64,000 nt of DNA, taken from contig NC_043013.1 in NCBI RefSeq assembly GCF_006345805.1, positions 13,578,001 through 13,642,000 on the forward strand, read 5' to 3'. Numbering within the stretch: the first letter of the stretch is position 1; each line of letters starts with the position of its first letter. The position numbers and the translations under genes were made by a program. The notes below the pieces were generated by a model, which saw nothing but the letters and a program-made list of their open reading frames with translations, searched no databases and was not told the DNA's origin. This document shows, piece by piece, positions 13,925 through 28,169 of this stretch. Source of the stretch: Octopus sinensis. Its lineage: Eukaryota.

Positions 13925-14175
13925 TGAGGAAATCAACTCCGGGACTCATTCTCTGTAAGTCTAGTACTTATTCTATAGGTCTATCCGCGAACCGGTAAGT
14001 TACGAGAACGTAAACACACCAACGTCGGTTGTGAGACGATAGTGGAAGGAAAAATACAGACACGAAGACACACACATACACATATACATAATATACGACG
14101 GTCTTCCTTCGGTTTCCCTCTACCAAGTCCACTCACAAGGCTTTGGTCGGTCCGAGGCCTTAGTAGAAGAAATCG
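13925..14175 (-). mobile_element. Composite SINE
   Basis: Shares GTGTTTACG..CGTAACTTA.CGGTTCG..ATAGAATAAGTACTAG body with copies at 35815-35935, 42835-43060 and 51905-52095. Confidence 0.8.
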
Positions 14176-14420
14176 TTTTGCCATCGCGCCCAGCCTGTTA
14201 TATAATGTTGAAAAGCTACAAAAATGGTGAAACACCGATATCCATCATTCCAAAATGGGAATGAGGGTGAGTTATCTCGCCTGTCTATGACTAAGTTGTT
14301 TTAACACCGTCGAAATGAGCGTTATATACTCCATTACACCATTGTAGACAACTGACACTTACCATCATATAAGCTACTGTGAGTTTTCATAATAATAATA
14401 ATAATAATAATAATGATAAT

Positions 14421-15405
14421 ATTGTTATATTTCGGAATGGTCATTTTGCCAGTTTAGCCAATAAAAACACACGCACTATATATTTGGTGTTACTTTGCTT
14501 CAGTGTTATTTATTTTTTATATTAATCTTAATCTTATTTCGGCCAGAGTTCTTTCGTCACACTCCTGTGACCGCAGCAGTGGTCTTTTGTTTTCTTCTTT
14601 CTTATTTGTGTCTCTCGTTACTGACCGTCAGTCATTTTGTATTTCTATTGTATGTGTCTTCATTTGCGCATGCTTATATCTCTATGTGCGTCTATGTTTA
14701 TTTAGTGTGTGTATGTGTGGAGATGCCTGCAATATTTGTATCTTCTGTTTATATACGTTCGTGTAATTTGTTTTTGTTTTATTTATTCTTATTTTGTTCA
14801 TGTGTTTACATCCACATATTATTATTATCATTACGTATGCTTGTATGTATGTATAACAACAATACTAGTAATAATAAAATAATAATAAAACATTTTAAAA
14901 CATTTAAAAATTTAAAAATAAAAAAATAAAAAAAAATCTTTTAAATTTAATAATGAGATTATATAGTTATTTATTTCTATTTGTTTATTTATCTGTGTAT
15001 TTTATTCATTATGTTTTCGGTTTTGTTTATATTGTAACCAGTTTATGGGGATCCTCTACTGTCATATGTGGTGGTGTGTGCTAGCGTTCCATTCCAGTTT
15101 CCTATTCAGGCTAGGTTTATCTTCTATTATGTGTGTAGCTTTCGTAATTTGTCTGATTGTTGCATCTGTTCTATGCGTAGACAAGATTTTAACATCTCTG
15201 TTGTTGATTGATCCTCCGTGTTCCTGCTCGGCGTGTTGGTACAGAATCGATGAGCTTTTACCCTCCTTAAGTTCTCTCCAATGTACATTTACCCGCTCTC
15301 CTATGCTTCGTGCCGTTTCCCCTAGGTATGTCGTTGTCTTGTTACTGCATCATCCCTCTATACATCTTATACTATAGACTACTATTATCTTAGCCTGAAT
15401 ATTTT
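14421..15405 (-). mobile_element. Penelope-like GIY-YIG/pLTR remnant (paralog of 3104-4325)
   Basis: Colinear copy; degenerate hammerhead at 14541-14584. Confidence 0.85.
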
Positions 15406-17225
15406 AAGTTTTATAATTATTAATTTTTATCAATATTAATTATTTACTATTATTCATTTTCATTTTTATTAAATTTCATATTTTAACATTTTTGTATACT
15501 TTCTTTTATTATTATCTTTTAGGCAGAATCGTTAGCGCGTCGCTTCGTTCGGAGTTCAAATTCCACCGAGTCGACTTTGCTTTTCATCCTTTTGAGGGTC
15601 GATAAATTAAGTACCAGTAAAAACACTGGAGTCGGCGTAACCGACTAGTCTCTTCCCTACAAACTCGAGACCTTGTGCCTACAGTAGAAAGGATTATTAT
15701 CATCACCTTATTTTATTATTATTATTATTTTTCTTAAATAAAAATGTTAACAAACACACACAAATAACAAAGCATATTTCATCTACTTTGTTGGAGTATC
15801 TCAACCGATCGGCATGTAACTTCCTTTCGGCTTTCGAAACCGCAACTCCAAATCACCATGCAATAACTTATCACTAGACCAATGAAATTTTACCTCCGAT
15901 CAGAACTGGACCCTCAAGAAAATATACTGACTGACTCGGTAAGAGAATCAAACAACAGGAACGATTCATGACCATTCCCCACAGGCAAGACAACCAGGCA
16001 GAATGTCAAACTTGGTCTCCAGAAAGAATAATAATAAGAATTATAACGAATTAAAAATTATATCCTTTCACAGAAAAGATTATAGATACACTGATTCCAA
16101 AGCAGTCCGTTACAGGCGAAAAACCCTCTACGCGACGGTAAAAAGAATCACACGCAAGATGAAAGAAACTGTAACAAAATCCCTTTTGCTTACTCTCTTC
16201 TTTCTTTATTTGTTTCTCTCATAACTCAGTATGACTGAACTTTTGGCGATCCACATCTTTTATATACTTCGCCCATCATTTTCTGATATTATTGAATTTT
16301 GTGAACATTTAATCATTTAAACATATTGATCCACATTTTTTACATTCTTAACCGATCATTTTCTGATACTATTGAATTTTGTGAACATTTAATCATTTAA
16401 ATATGTTTTCTACTTCGCAAACAAAATAGGGCCTTGGGACCGAGGAGAGGAGGTAACGCTTAGAAAATGTCTTGAAGGATGGTGAACATAGCGACAGAAA
16501 ATTTGCGACTGTTCAGCTACGGGACCAGTGTAAGAAAGGAAGAAAAAGGGGCACTGGCAGTTGGTCACGCGACACAGCAGGCAGAGGAGAAAGATTGCAG
16601 GGTGAGAGAACGACAAAGAAAAATAGGGAAGGGATGAAGGGAAAGAAGAAAGGCTGGGAATACAAGAGAGAGAAGGAGTAAGTAGAAAGTCTATAATAAA
16701 TAAATACCCCCACACATATATGTGTATATCTATATATATTAAGTATGTAAGTATGTTTTAAAATGTACGGGATATTTACGGAGTGCTCATAGAGAGCCTA
16801 CACGAAAAAATACAGAGTAGAGAAAATTTAAAACGCAAGTTTTAGTAAGTCAAACAGATTCCCGAATGCATAAATGAGAAATTTCAATCGAAGTAGTTGA
16901 ATCATATATATTTATACACATCAACATAAATCATGCATGTACAGGCGTGAAAATTCCCTAAGGTTATAAAGAATGAAATCAAACATACATAGAAATATAG
17001 AAGAAATATAAAATATATGTAAAAATACTTATCAAATACATATAAATAAATTTACATGCAACGAGTTATACGTGATAATATAGGAGGTGCAAGTGGATGA
17101 GAGGAGGTGCAAAGTGGATGAGAGATTGGTACATTCTGTAATGATCAGATATCGAGATGTGTAGGTATTTAGCGTGTCTTTCGATATGATGAAGAAAGTT
17201 TATCTGGAAATGTCTGTCTACTTAC

Positions 17226-17281
17226 ATATCAAAAGATGTCGATGCCACAGGCGCTTGAATTTGTGTTTTTATTGTTTCAGG
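17226..17281 (-). CDS. Internal exon A2 (phase 0 to 2): PETIKTQIQAPVASTSFD(I)
   Basis: Same acceptor and GTAAGT donor as A1; in-frame 3-nt indel. Confidence 0.8.
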
Positions 17282-18177
17282 CTAGAGAAAAGAGGAAAAA
17301 CAATGTTAATTGTTGAAAGAAACGTTTGGGTTAGTATTTCTAGGTATAGAAAACAAGTTTTAAGTAAAATATATGTTTGAAGGAGGAGGTATATAAGTAA
17401 CAGTAGTAAGCAAGAGGCAAAGAATAACCACATCTAAAAGTCTAACAACTACACACGGATATAGACACAGAAAAATCCATTTACAGAAAAAAGATAAACA
17501 GTTTTATTTTCAATTTAGTTTTAGAGATTTCAACATGGTTAGCATCATTGAATTCAAATGAAGGTCTGAAATCGTATTTAGAACTATTTTATTTTTATGA
17601 AGTCCAGTATTTATGATGACAGTGCAGATCCTTTTAATATCTTACTAATTTAGGCATAATTAAATAAAATCTTTAGGAAAATAATATCATGAGATGCAAT
17701 ATGAAACGCAAGTTATATATATATATATATAAATGAATTATAAAGTTCACATCCTGAAATCATCAAAAGACTCCCAAGAGACTAAAATTCAAAGAAGAAA
17801 AACGGTAAATACATTAAATAGCTTTAAACGTTATAGAAAGTTTTTTTTTTAAATTATGATGAACATATAAATATCATTTAAAGTAAGTTAATTTAAGCGT
17901 GTACATATTAATTCTACATTTTCCCAATTGAAAAACGGACATATATGGATACAATATTTTACATGAAATTTGTACAACTTTTGCAAGGATTGTGCAATCT
18001 TAACAGGAACTAACTTCTTATATTTCTCAATTCACCCATGATTGCAGGTGTCTTGCACAAATACTATTCGCATATGAACGCTTCCTCGCTACACTAAGGC
18101 ATTAGTTCTTGTGACAAAAGCATCTATATTCTCAGAAGATAACATAGGCATCAACAATGCAAACCTGGCTGAAGAAC

Positions 18178-18252
18178 AGTATATATATACATATATAATA
18201 TATATTTATAAATATATTTATATATATATATATACATTTATATATATTTCTT

Positions 18253-18285
<33 letters not shown>

Positions 18286-18350
18286 TATATTTATATATAT
18301 TATATATATATATTTATTATATATAAAATATTTATATATATATTTATATA

Positions 18351-18390
<40 letters not shown>

Positions 18391-18551
18391 CACACACACA
18401 CATATATATATATATACATACACACACACACATATATATATACATACATATATATATATACATACATATATATAATATACATACATATACATACATATAT
18501 ACATACATACATATATATATATATACATACATATATATATATACATGCATA

Positions 18552-18592
<41 letters not shown>

Positions 18593-18642
18593 ACATACAT
18601 ATATATATACATACATATATATACATATATAAATACATATAC

Positions 18643-18716
<74 letters not shown>

Positions 18717-18731
18717 ATAAATACATATACA

Positions 18732-18772
<41 letters not shown>

Positions 18773-18847
18773 ACATACATATATATATATACATATATAT
18801 ATATACATACATATATATATATACATACATATATATATACATACATA

Positions 18848-18888
<41 letters not shown>

Positions 18889-18961
18889 TGATACATATAT
18901 ATACATATATATATACATACATATATATATACATACATATATATATACTACATATATATCT

Positions 18962-19000
<39 letters not shown>

Positions 19001-19134
19001 TATACATATATACATATATATATACATATATATATACATATTATATATACATATATATATATATACATACATATATATCCATACATATATATACATACAA
19101 TATATATACATATATATATTACATACATATATAT

Positions 19135-19180
<46 letters not shown>

Positions 19181-19209
19181 CAATATATATATATATACAT
19201 ATACATATA

Positions 19210-19243
<34 letters not shown>

Positions 19244-19272
19244 CATATACATATATATATATATACATATAC
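18178..19272. repeat. About 1.1 kb compound (TA)n/(TACA)n microsatellite
   Basis: Seen directly; source of the spurious YI/YM ORFs. Confidence 0.98.
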
Positions 19273-19279
19273 ATTTTTA

Positions 19280-21009
19280 CCACTGCAGATATAGAATCAG
19301 AGGCGGCGACGTTAAATTACATCGATATAAAGGAAGATGATGTAATAAAGGCTATAGATGAAATGAAAATAGACTCAGCTATTGGCCCCGATGGATTCCC
19401 GGCAATCCTCCTAAAAGTATGTAAGAGAGTCTTAGCAAGACCACTGCAGTTCCTCTTTCAGAGCTTCCTTGCAGCTGGCAAACTTCCAAGAAAACTGAAG
19501 GAAGGTAAAATATGCCCTATTCATAAGGAGATAGCAGAGCGGAGGCCAAGAACTACAGACCTATCTCTCTGACCTCACACATCAGCAAGGTCATGGAACG
19601 AATAGTCAGAAGGAACTAATCACCATTCCTTGAAGAAAATGACTTGCTGCCTGACACCCAACATGGTTTCCGACCAGAAGAAGCTGCTTAACTCAGCTCC
19701 TGCAGCACTATGACTGGGTGCTGAAACAACTGCTCAACCACTCAAATGTGAAAGTCATATATCTCGACTTCGCAAAGGCCTTTGAGAAAGTCGATCATGG
19801 AATGATATGTCACAAACTGCGTGATCTTGGCATAGTTGGAAAACTAGGAGAATGGCTTCACAACTTTCTGAAGAATAGGAGTCAGGTGGTAGTAGCCAAT
19901 GGGGCCACTTCCATTAGCACGCAAATAGTGAGCGGTGTTCCACAGGGCACTGTTTTGGGACCACTACTGTTCATAATGGCCCTCTCAGACATGCCCTCAG
20001 CCACGCGGAGAGCCACGATCACAAGTTATGCAGATGATACAAAAGTTTCACAGGAAATACAGAACCCTGAAGACACTAGGCACCTGCAATATGAGCTGGA
20101 CGAAATATACAAGTGGGCTGAAAAAATTGCATGCAGTTCAAAGCTGAAAAGTTTCAAGCTTTATACTATCAGCATGCAAAACTGAATGCAATACCCAAGG
20201 AATACACTGGACCCGGAGGGATTGCAATCTCAGAGGCAGAATCAGTGCGTGACCTGGTTATTCACATGAGTGACTACGCGACCTTTCATGTACATGTTGC
20301 TAAACTGACAATGAAATGCAGACGGCTGGCTGGATGGATTCTTAGAACCTTTAGAACAAGAAACCATGATGGTCCTCTGGAAGACACTTGTCCTAAGTCA
20401 CTTTGACTATTGCTCTCAGCTATGGTCACCATCCAGTGTCAAGTTGATCACAGAACTTGAGGCGATCCAACGAAGCTACACGAAGAAGATAGCCTCTATG
20501 CAGAATGTAAGCTACTGGGAAAGACTCAAGAGATTAAAATTATATTCCCTGGAGCGTAGGCGGGAAAGATATGCCATAATATACATCTGGAAGATCCTGG
20601 AGGGAGGTGTCCTGAACTTTGGCATCGAGAGTTACGCAAACGCCAGAACTGGGCGCCACTGCGTGGTGCCTAGGACTCCAAACTTGCCATCAAGATGTAG
20701 GACAAGATTCTGTGATAGCCTGGGCTTCCGAGGCCCACAGCTCTTCAATATCCTCCCGATGAACCTGAGAGACCTGCATGGGGTGGATACAGATGTCTTA
20801 AAATGGAGCTGGATCTCTTCCTGTCAGTGTCCCAGATGAACCAACTTCACGGCAGGAGGGGCAGATGAGGGCAGTGCATCGACTCTCCATGCACCAAATA
20901 GCAGTTGCTAGAAGCCTCCATGAAGTGAAACCAAGTAGCAACACCAAATGGCGGTGCCCCAGCATGGCCACAGCTCATGAGCTGAAACTGGAATCAATCA
21001 ATCAATCAA
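19280..21009 (+). mobile_element. 5'-truncated CR1-group LINE (RT and 3' end), frameshifted
   Basis: GPDGFP, NYRPISLTS, YLDFAKAFEKV, SGVPQGTVLGPLLF, YADDTK, SLERRRER; (ATCA)n tail. Confidence 0.93.
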
Positions 21010-21417
21010 TAATATATATAGATATACTATATATACATATATTATACATATATATATACATATTCTATAATACATAATATATATAATACATATATATATA
21101 TACATATATATATACATATATATATTATATATACATATATATATATATATATACATATATATATACATATTATACATATATATATATATACATATATATA
21201 TACATATATATACATATATATATATACATATATATATACATAATATATACATAGATATACATATATATATATATACCTATTATATACATATATCTATATA
21301 TATACATTATATATATAATATACATATATATATACATATATATATATATAATATTATATAATATATATATAACTTATATATATATATACATATATATATA
21401 CATCTATATATACATAC

Positions 21418-21473
<56 letters not shown>

Positions 21474-21690
21474 CTATATATATATATATACATATATCTA
21501 TATCATATATATATATACATATATATATATACCTATATATATATATATTATATATATATATTATATATATATATAATATACATATATATATATATATCCA
21601 TATATATATATATACATATATATATATACATATATATACATATATATATATACATACATACATATATAACATATCTATACATACATATAT
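21010..21690. repeat. Compound (TA)n microsatellite
   Basis: Seen directly. Confidence 0.98.
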
Positions 21691-21691
21691 A

Positions 21692-21722
<31 letters not shown>

Positions 21723-21885
21723 TCTTACGAAATATATATAACTGCTTAAGAAGTATTCGGGTCGAACCCAAGACAAAAGATAAGAATTTTAAAATATCTC
21801 AAATTCGGTAATCAACTTGGTTTTACATAGGAATACATAGTTATAAATTCTATTTAAAATGTATGTATATATATATATATATGTA

Positions 21886-21946
<61 letters not shown>

Positions 21947-21959
21947 CTTGCTGCATGTA

Positions 21960-22400
21960 ATCAAGCCCTAAGCATAGCACTCGTGGAAACTCATCTCAGC
22001 CCTAAAATAGAGGATGCAGAAGTACACGTACCAAAATATATCATACTGCGAACAGACAGAAGGGAAAGGAACCATAGAGTTGCTATATACATCCGTAATG
22101 ACCCCAAACCCAAGGTCTTACTGTCATATTCAAATTCAGTACGTGCCATTCTAATTGTATACATAAAGCAACACAATACAGTCATATGCAATACATATTG
22201 CCCACTGGAGGCTCCAAACCACATAGGCAAGTGTGAAGATTGCCTCACAAGAATTAATGAAATCCTCATGCAACTGGAACACCACGTGAACATATTTCTT
22301 ATGCGTGATTTCAACTTCACCAATGTCAAATGGCCCGAAGGCCTCATGCTCTCAGTAATGATTCATTGAAAACAAGCACAGGTGAAGTCCCTGCTCAACC
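21960..22400 (+). mobile_element. CR1-group AP-endonuclease fragment
   Basis: ETHL...LRTDR...VAIYI...MRDFNFTNVKW. Confidence 0.85.
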
Positions 22401-22699
22401 GCTTATTTTTATCTCAAGTTGTCACTGCACTACCGAGCATAGCTCTGAGCACCTTGGGTATGTGCTGCGCTTTGTTGTGGTCCTCTTATTTTCATATTTG
22501 TGCTATTTTCTATGTTTATATTTACTTGTAAGTCCTTGTATTTTTCTTATGCATTTTTTCTTATGCATTTTTTCTGAATACTTTTTATCATACCTACTGT
22601 GATAGGAATTATTTGTTTCTGTTTTTAGATTCGTGTTACCTCTACTTCCAGATTCTTGCATTTTGATAGTTTCTCTATTTATTTTAGAAAAACTTTGTC

Positions 22700-24300
22700 A
22701 TCTGTTGGTATTGATACATCAAGTAGAAAGCATTTTTTTTATTGATGATCTCTAGCAACTATACCCGACCTGATAGCCTTAATTTCTCTACCTGTGTGTA
22801 TTGAGGAAGATTTGGTCTTGTTTTGAAAATAAAAATCCTTTAGTCTCTACTCTGAGTCCTGAGCTTCTCAGCCATTGTTGGGATTTTGCTTTGTATATTT
22901 TGCGTTTAGTTTAACCCAATATTTGCCATGATGGGGCTTTCCTTGCCATCATGTTATCATAATCCGTTGCTGTTCCAGTTTTAGCTTGGATTTCAGTTAT
23001 TTTACATCGTTTGTTTTTTCTTCTTTTTCCTCATACCTGTTAGATACTACGACTCTTTTTGGTTTTGATCGTTTTTTGTGGCTATTTGTAATAGTTTTCC
23101 TTGCGTCTGAAGTAGGTATTTCTGTAGTCCTAGGTGGTTATTTTGTAAAGGTTTTCTAGCTGTATAAGGCATCTACCACCTTCCATACGTTGTATACAAA
23201 ACACTTTAACGTCAGATCTTGGGTGGTGCATCCTAAATTCTGTCACTATTTTTCTTCTTTTCCAGTCTATTTTGATTAGTTCATTTAGCGTCCAGTTAAG
23301 AATATTGTCACGGTAACTGTGACGGCGAGTGTTGATACCTTATTATCTTGTTTTTTGCATTGAGCTCTGTTTTCAGTATTAATCTAACTCGTCTATAGCA
23401 TTCTTTTCTTATCTTCTCTTTCGTTTTTGTTTGTTGTATCTTACCCTGGCCATAATTAGACCCTTCTTCTTTCTGCGACTGTTTTTAGTTATGGCTTTAG
23501 TGATAAGTAGCTGATCTTTACAGCCCTTGCAGCATCCCTTCTGCTCTTCTGGAAGCAAAGGCTATTTTCTTCGATACGCTTACCCATTCGCTGTGATATT
23601 ATTGAAGTAAAGGCTTTGTAAGATGCAGAGAGACAAGTATTCTTTTTGTAATTTCGTGGGTTTGGCGTTTCAGAGGATTTGGGAATTAGGATAGTTTTCC
23701 CTTCCGTGAGCCATTCAGTCATTGTCTCTGGCTTTGCTAGTATATCATTAAATTTCCCAGTCAGCCTTTTATGTTTTCTTGGCAGGTATTTTAACCAGGA
23801 CTTAAGGATCTTGTGCCCAGGTGCCTTCCAGTTGCGTAGGTTTTTCAGTGCCTGGGTGACCTCTTCAGTTGTTATAGGGTCCAGAGTCGTTCAGGTGCTG
23901 TTTTTGTTATTTTAAAAGACATTTTCTGAGGTAGTTCCATCGACGACCATATTTCTTTCCCAAATTCTTCCATTTCTGCTGGTGGTGCTGCATTGATCTC
24001 TAAGTTATTTTTGCCAAGTTCTTGGTAGAATCTTTTGGGGTTAGAGTTGAATTCTTTCTTTTGTTCAGAGAAATGTTGACGGCTTCAGCTGTTCTTTTAA
24101 CTCAGGCCTACCTTGTTCTGCAATTTTGTATTTATTGAGTATTTTTCTTGTTTTCTTGTTAATTAGTAGTGTTGATTGTCTATTACTTTCATTAAGGATT
24201 GACAGATTATTTCTCTTATTTTCATCAAATATGCAGCGACGAATTTGGTCTTCATTTTTTTGTGCAGTATATTGTCCAGCTCCAGGATCCCAAATTACTT
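22700..24300 (-). mobile_element. R4/Dong-clade non-LTR retrotransposon, degenerate
   Basis: NWKAPGHKI, WLTEGKTILIPK...NPRNY...TCL..SYKAFT, GCKDQLLI, RMEGGRCL, WQGKPHHG. Confidence 0.85.
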
Positions 24301-24810
24301 GTACCCATCATCATCCGGGTATTTCATTCTCTCTCCGTTTGGCCCTCCTATAGTCCTACAATTTACTCTTTCCCTCGCTTCAAAATAAGCACCGAAAACT
24401 TCGAGATACCTACTTCCGTCCCTATATCCATGTTGCACTTTGCACAGCCTCAACACCAGCCCCTCCTTTTTAGACTCTGCTGTTTGCGAAAAGTTTTAAA
24501 TCAGCCATGAAGAGGTGTTTGAGACGAGGTCCATTCTTTCTCAGTTTATAGTGCCCATTGATTTTGCATAGGACTACAGAAAGTTTTCAAATCAGTATTC
24601 TACATATTCTTGATGCGTAAAACAATTTCTGTATTGATTCTTAAATATGGTAAGTGTGATCGACCTAAGAGACAGAAAGTTGAAGCAGAAAGAAACCACA
24701 AGCTAGCAGCATATCTAAATATTCAGGAAATATTCAGTATGTGAACTAATAAGAGTTTGGGGAGTGAGATGGGGTGGGCACCCACAGTGACTTAGTATTA
24801 TAAATAATGA

Positions 24811-25090
24811 CAAGAAGGAAAGCATTGGTATAAGGAAGGAGTTAGAGTCATCAAAAGACCGATAGAAAAGAATGTCAGTAGAATTCTGTGACGAAATTAG
24901 AGAGGAGGCGAGGAACAAGACAAGAGTCACATCGGATTACAAAGGCGCAGTATGGCTATAGATAAGGAGTAATGAAGTGCATCATATTTTAGGGATACTA
25001 AACTATCAGGAACCAGACGTGACTTGAGATGCGTCATTGGGGAGGCTGGTAGGTGGAGCGTCAACCTGTAATGTGCGGTCAAACAAATGA
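24811..25090. repeat. Start of third duplication unit (recent homology ends at 25090)
   Basis: Matches 1-280 up to AAACAAATGA. Confidence 0.95.
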
Positions 25091-25194
25091 TTTATCTATC
25101 CACCTAAGGAAATATACACGTGTATATAAGCATATAGGCACGAACACATACATACACAACCCCCCAAAAAGCCCATAATCCCGAACAATATGTA

Positions 25195-25295
<101 letters not shown>

Positions 25296-25296
25296 G

Positions 25297-25449
25297 AATC
25301 AAAGCAGTTTGATTCAAATTCGTTGAGATTTAAGCGCGATGCAAGTCGTTATCCATTTTGAATTTGAACACAAATTCAAAATGGCTGACGACTAGCATCG
25401 CGTTTGAAACTCAAAAGTACCAACGAATTTGAATCAAACTGTTCTGATT
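25297..25449. mobile_element. Palindromic MITE-like fold-back
   Basis: About 70-bp arms AATCA.AGCAGTTTGATTCAAATTCGTTG / CAACGAATTTGAATCAAACTGTTCTGATT. Confidence 0.8.
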
Positions 25450-26107
25450 GATATATGTAACTCCTTTTGTTTGTCCCCTCACTCGTGTATATATATATAT
25501 ATATATATATGGAAACATGCTGCTGAAGACGTTTATACCGATAGAACACCCGGTAAATTTTCTTCATGTAAGTTGAACTAATTCCTTTTATGTTTTTCCC
25601 TGCAAAAAACAGTCCTCTTTTTACGAAACGTTGAAATTCCGATATTATAACATTTCTCTATCGCCCCCGCACCCACTTATAGTGATAATTGTATTTCTCT
25701 CTCACTCTCTCTCTTTCTCTCTCAGTGATATTTTTGTTGCTTGTTTATTTCTCCTAAATAATAGCAACACATTTGTCCATCGTCCCTTGTTGGCGATGCA
25801 CCCATCGAACACAGCTGCTGAGTGATATCCGACAGACTGGACAGGACCACACAGAAGGCCTCCATGACTATGGGAACATGATTTAGTTCAAAAATTGGGG
25901 TCAAAATGGACAAGAATCATGCAATCAAGAAAAAGCTCACTGTGACCAGTCCGTAGCGAAGTATAGCAGCATTTAATAATCTGGTCGATACAGTGGTATA
26001 CTGTATCCCCCTTCTCCCCATTATGAGCATCAACATCATCGTCAAAGTCATCCTGTTCCGGGCTGGAATTGTGCTCCTGTGTGCTTTAGCATGTTTAATA
26101 CATAGAG

Positions 26108-26251
26108 AATACTAAACGAGTTCCCAATGGATACCGTATTTATTACAACGAGTGGCTTGTAAACGTATCTAACGAGCGAAAGCAAGTTAGATACGTTTAC
26201 AAGCCACGAGTTGTAATAAATACGGTATCCATAGGGAATGAGTTTGGTATT
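26108..26251. repeat. Long hairpin with GCGAAAGC apex; likely the end of a DNA transposon
   Basis: About 66-bp near-perfect inverted arms. Confidence 0.8.
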
Positions 26252-27677
26252 TTATTTATTACACACGAATAAACGACCATATTTTATTAATCTACTAATT
26301 AAATTCTTCACATCTTGTTGAAGCGCGCATGAATACAGCTTGATTTCACGTCAGTGACGTCACAATGTGTAACTGTAAAAGATGTCATGCCGCAGGAAGA
26401 TAGTCCGACATTATTGCGCTAAGTTTTCAGGTGAAATGACTGATAACTGATGACTATTTAACATTTTGTTAACATTCAAGTTCACGTTCAAGAAATACAT
26501 AACACAGATTGAATCTTCAATAACTTTAATAATACTCAAGCATGTTTTCGAGTAGCAATGTCAGTCAGAGTAGAGCACAATAGTCCAGGAAAACTTTACA
26601 GTCCTCATTATCTGTGAGACGAGGTCGCTTTGCATCTGAACCAAAGAAGTTCACATTGATTGTTCCCCCAAATATTGGAGCCGAGAAAATGGAGTGCAAT
26701 GAACCAAAGCAAGTGACAGCGTTCCGAGATTGACTCGACGCAATGTTGACGGTGAATGGGAGTTCACTTACACTCGCTGCTGCTGTGTGTGACGGAGGTA
26801 CAAGCGAACCAGGCTGGTCGTTGTTGCTACTACTATAATACCCTTCTAATGCTTAACACCTTTCAACATAATCTGGGTGTAATTTTCATTCCATCAGCAC
26901 AAGTGAGGTTACTATGTTTCTTACAAGATTATAAACACCAAGGTGGAGCAAGTTTAAGAGAGGAGAAGGAGTAGAAAGGAGTAAAGTATGAGAGAAAAGG
27001 GTCGGAGCAGCAGGAGTTTGCTGTTATAAAGGAGTAAGATGACCTTTCGTATTTTAGAAGAGAGGATGGAGGTGATCAGGTGGAGCAGGAGAGTTAAAAA
27101 AAAGATAGGTGTGATAAGGTGTCAGGGTGAACATTGACGGTACGACGTGGGTAGGATGAGTGGGGAGTAGGGGATATCTTTTAATGCAGAACCACAGAAA
27201 ATAAATGGTGATACTGTAAAAAGGAGAAGGAAGAGTGAGAGAGATGACACGCTGCTGGGTAGGATGGAGGAGTGGATGGGGGTGAGAAAGAGGAATGCAC
27301 AGTGTATGGGAAAAGGGAGTGGTGTAGTGGTGGGTGAGGGGAGATAAATTGGAGGTACGGAAGGGTTGGGGAAGGGGCGAGGATTGAAAGTATGGGTGGA
27401 GAGAACAGTAATGAAGGATGAAGGGTGGATAAATTGTGAAATGATTCTGGGTAGAAAAACAGTGGTATGAAAAAAAACTGGTGTTAGGGAGGTGATAGGT
27501 GGTGGTGAGTGTCTTGAAAAGGAGGGAAATTGGGTGAAGCATCCAGTTGTGCATATCGCCAGTCATCTTGATACCATGTAATCTCCTCCATGTTGTCCAA
27601 GATTCTGAGATCAACATTCAGTCTTTTCCATGAAACCGAAAGTCCTGTGATCGGTGAAACACACACACGCGCACACT

Positions 27678-27785
<108 letters not shown>

Positions 27786-27824
27786 TACATCTGTGTGCAT
27801 ATGTGATTGTGTGTATTATGTATG

Positions 27825-27856
<32 letters not shown>

Positions 27857-28169
27857 CACATACATACATACGTCCCCTTTGACTGGCCACTGGTACTTAT
27901 AGTGTCAAATACTTTCGGTATGCAAATTAGAGATCCTTACATAGAGTAACTGCAGCATTTATTGAGTATAGAAACAGTTTGGCTGCTTGTTTCTCTGGAG
28001 ACTGTTAGAATGATGTGGATATCTCTCGTGAGAACGCAACAAGGGTTGAAAATCAATTAAGGTTGTTCATTATCTTTTTTTTCAATCTGTGGAGAAATGC
28101 CTAAAATTTGCCCTGTTTATAATTATACCATATGTTATATATATATACATATATATGACCGCGTATGTA

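Larger units (their letters stand above)
9328..24810. repeat. Tandem segmental duplication, unit 2 (expanded by insertions)
   Basis: Colinear with unit 1; extra PLE/SINE block at ~12490-14420 and CR1/microsatellite/R4 block at ~18180-24300; lacks the mariner. Confidence 0.97.

Noticed and set aside
18300-19340. Long ORFs of 150-302 aa rich in Y/I/M/H
   Set aside because: Translations of TA/TACA microsatellite on both strands; the same applies near 21000-21670, 27500-27950, 43300-43880 and 60140-60620.
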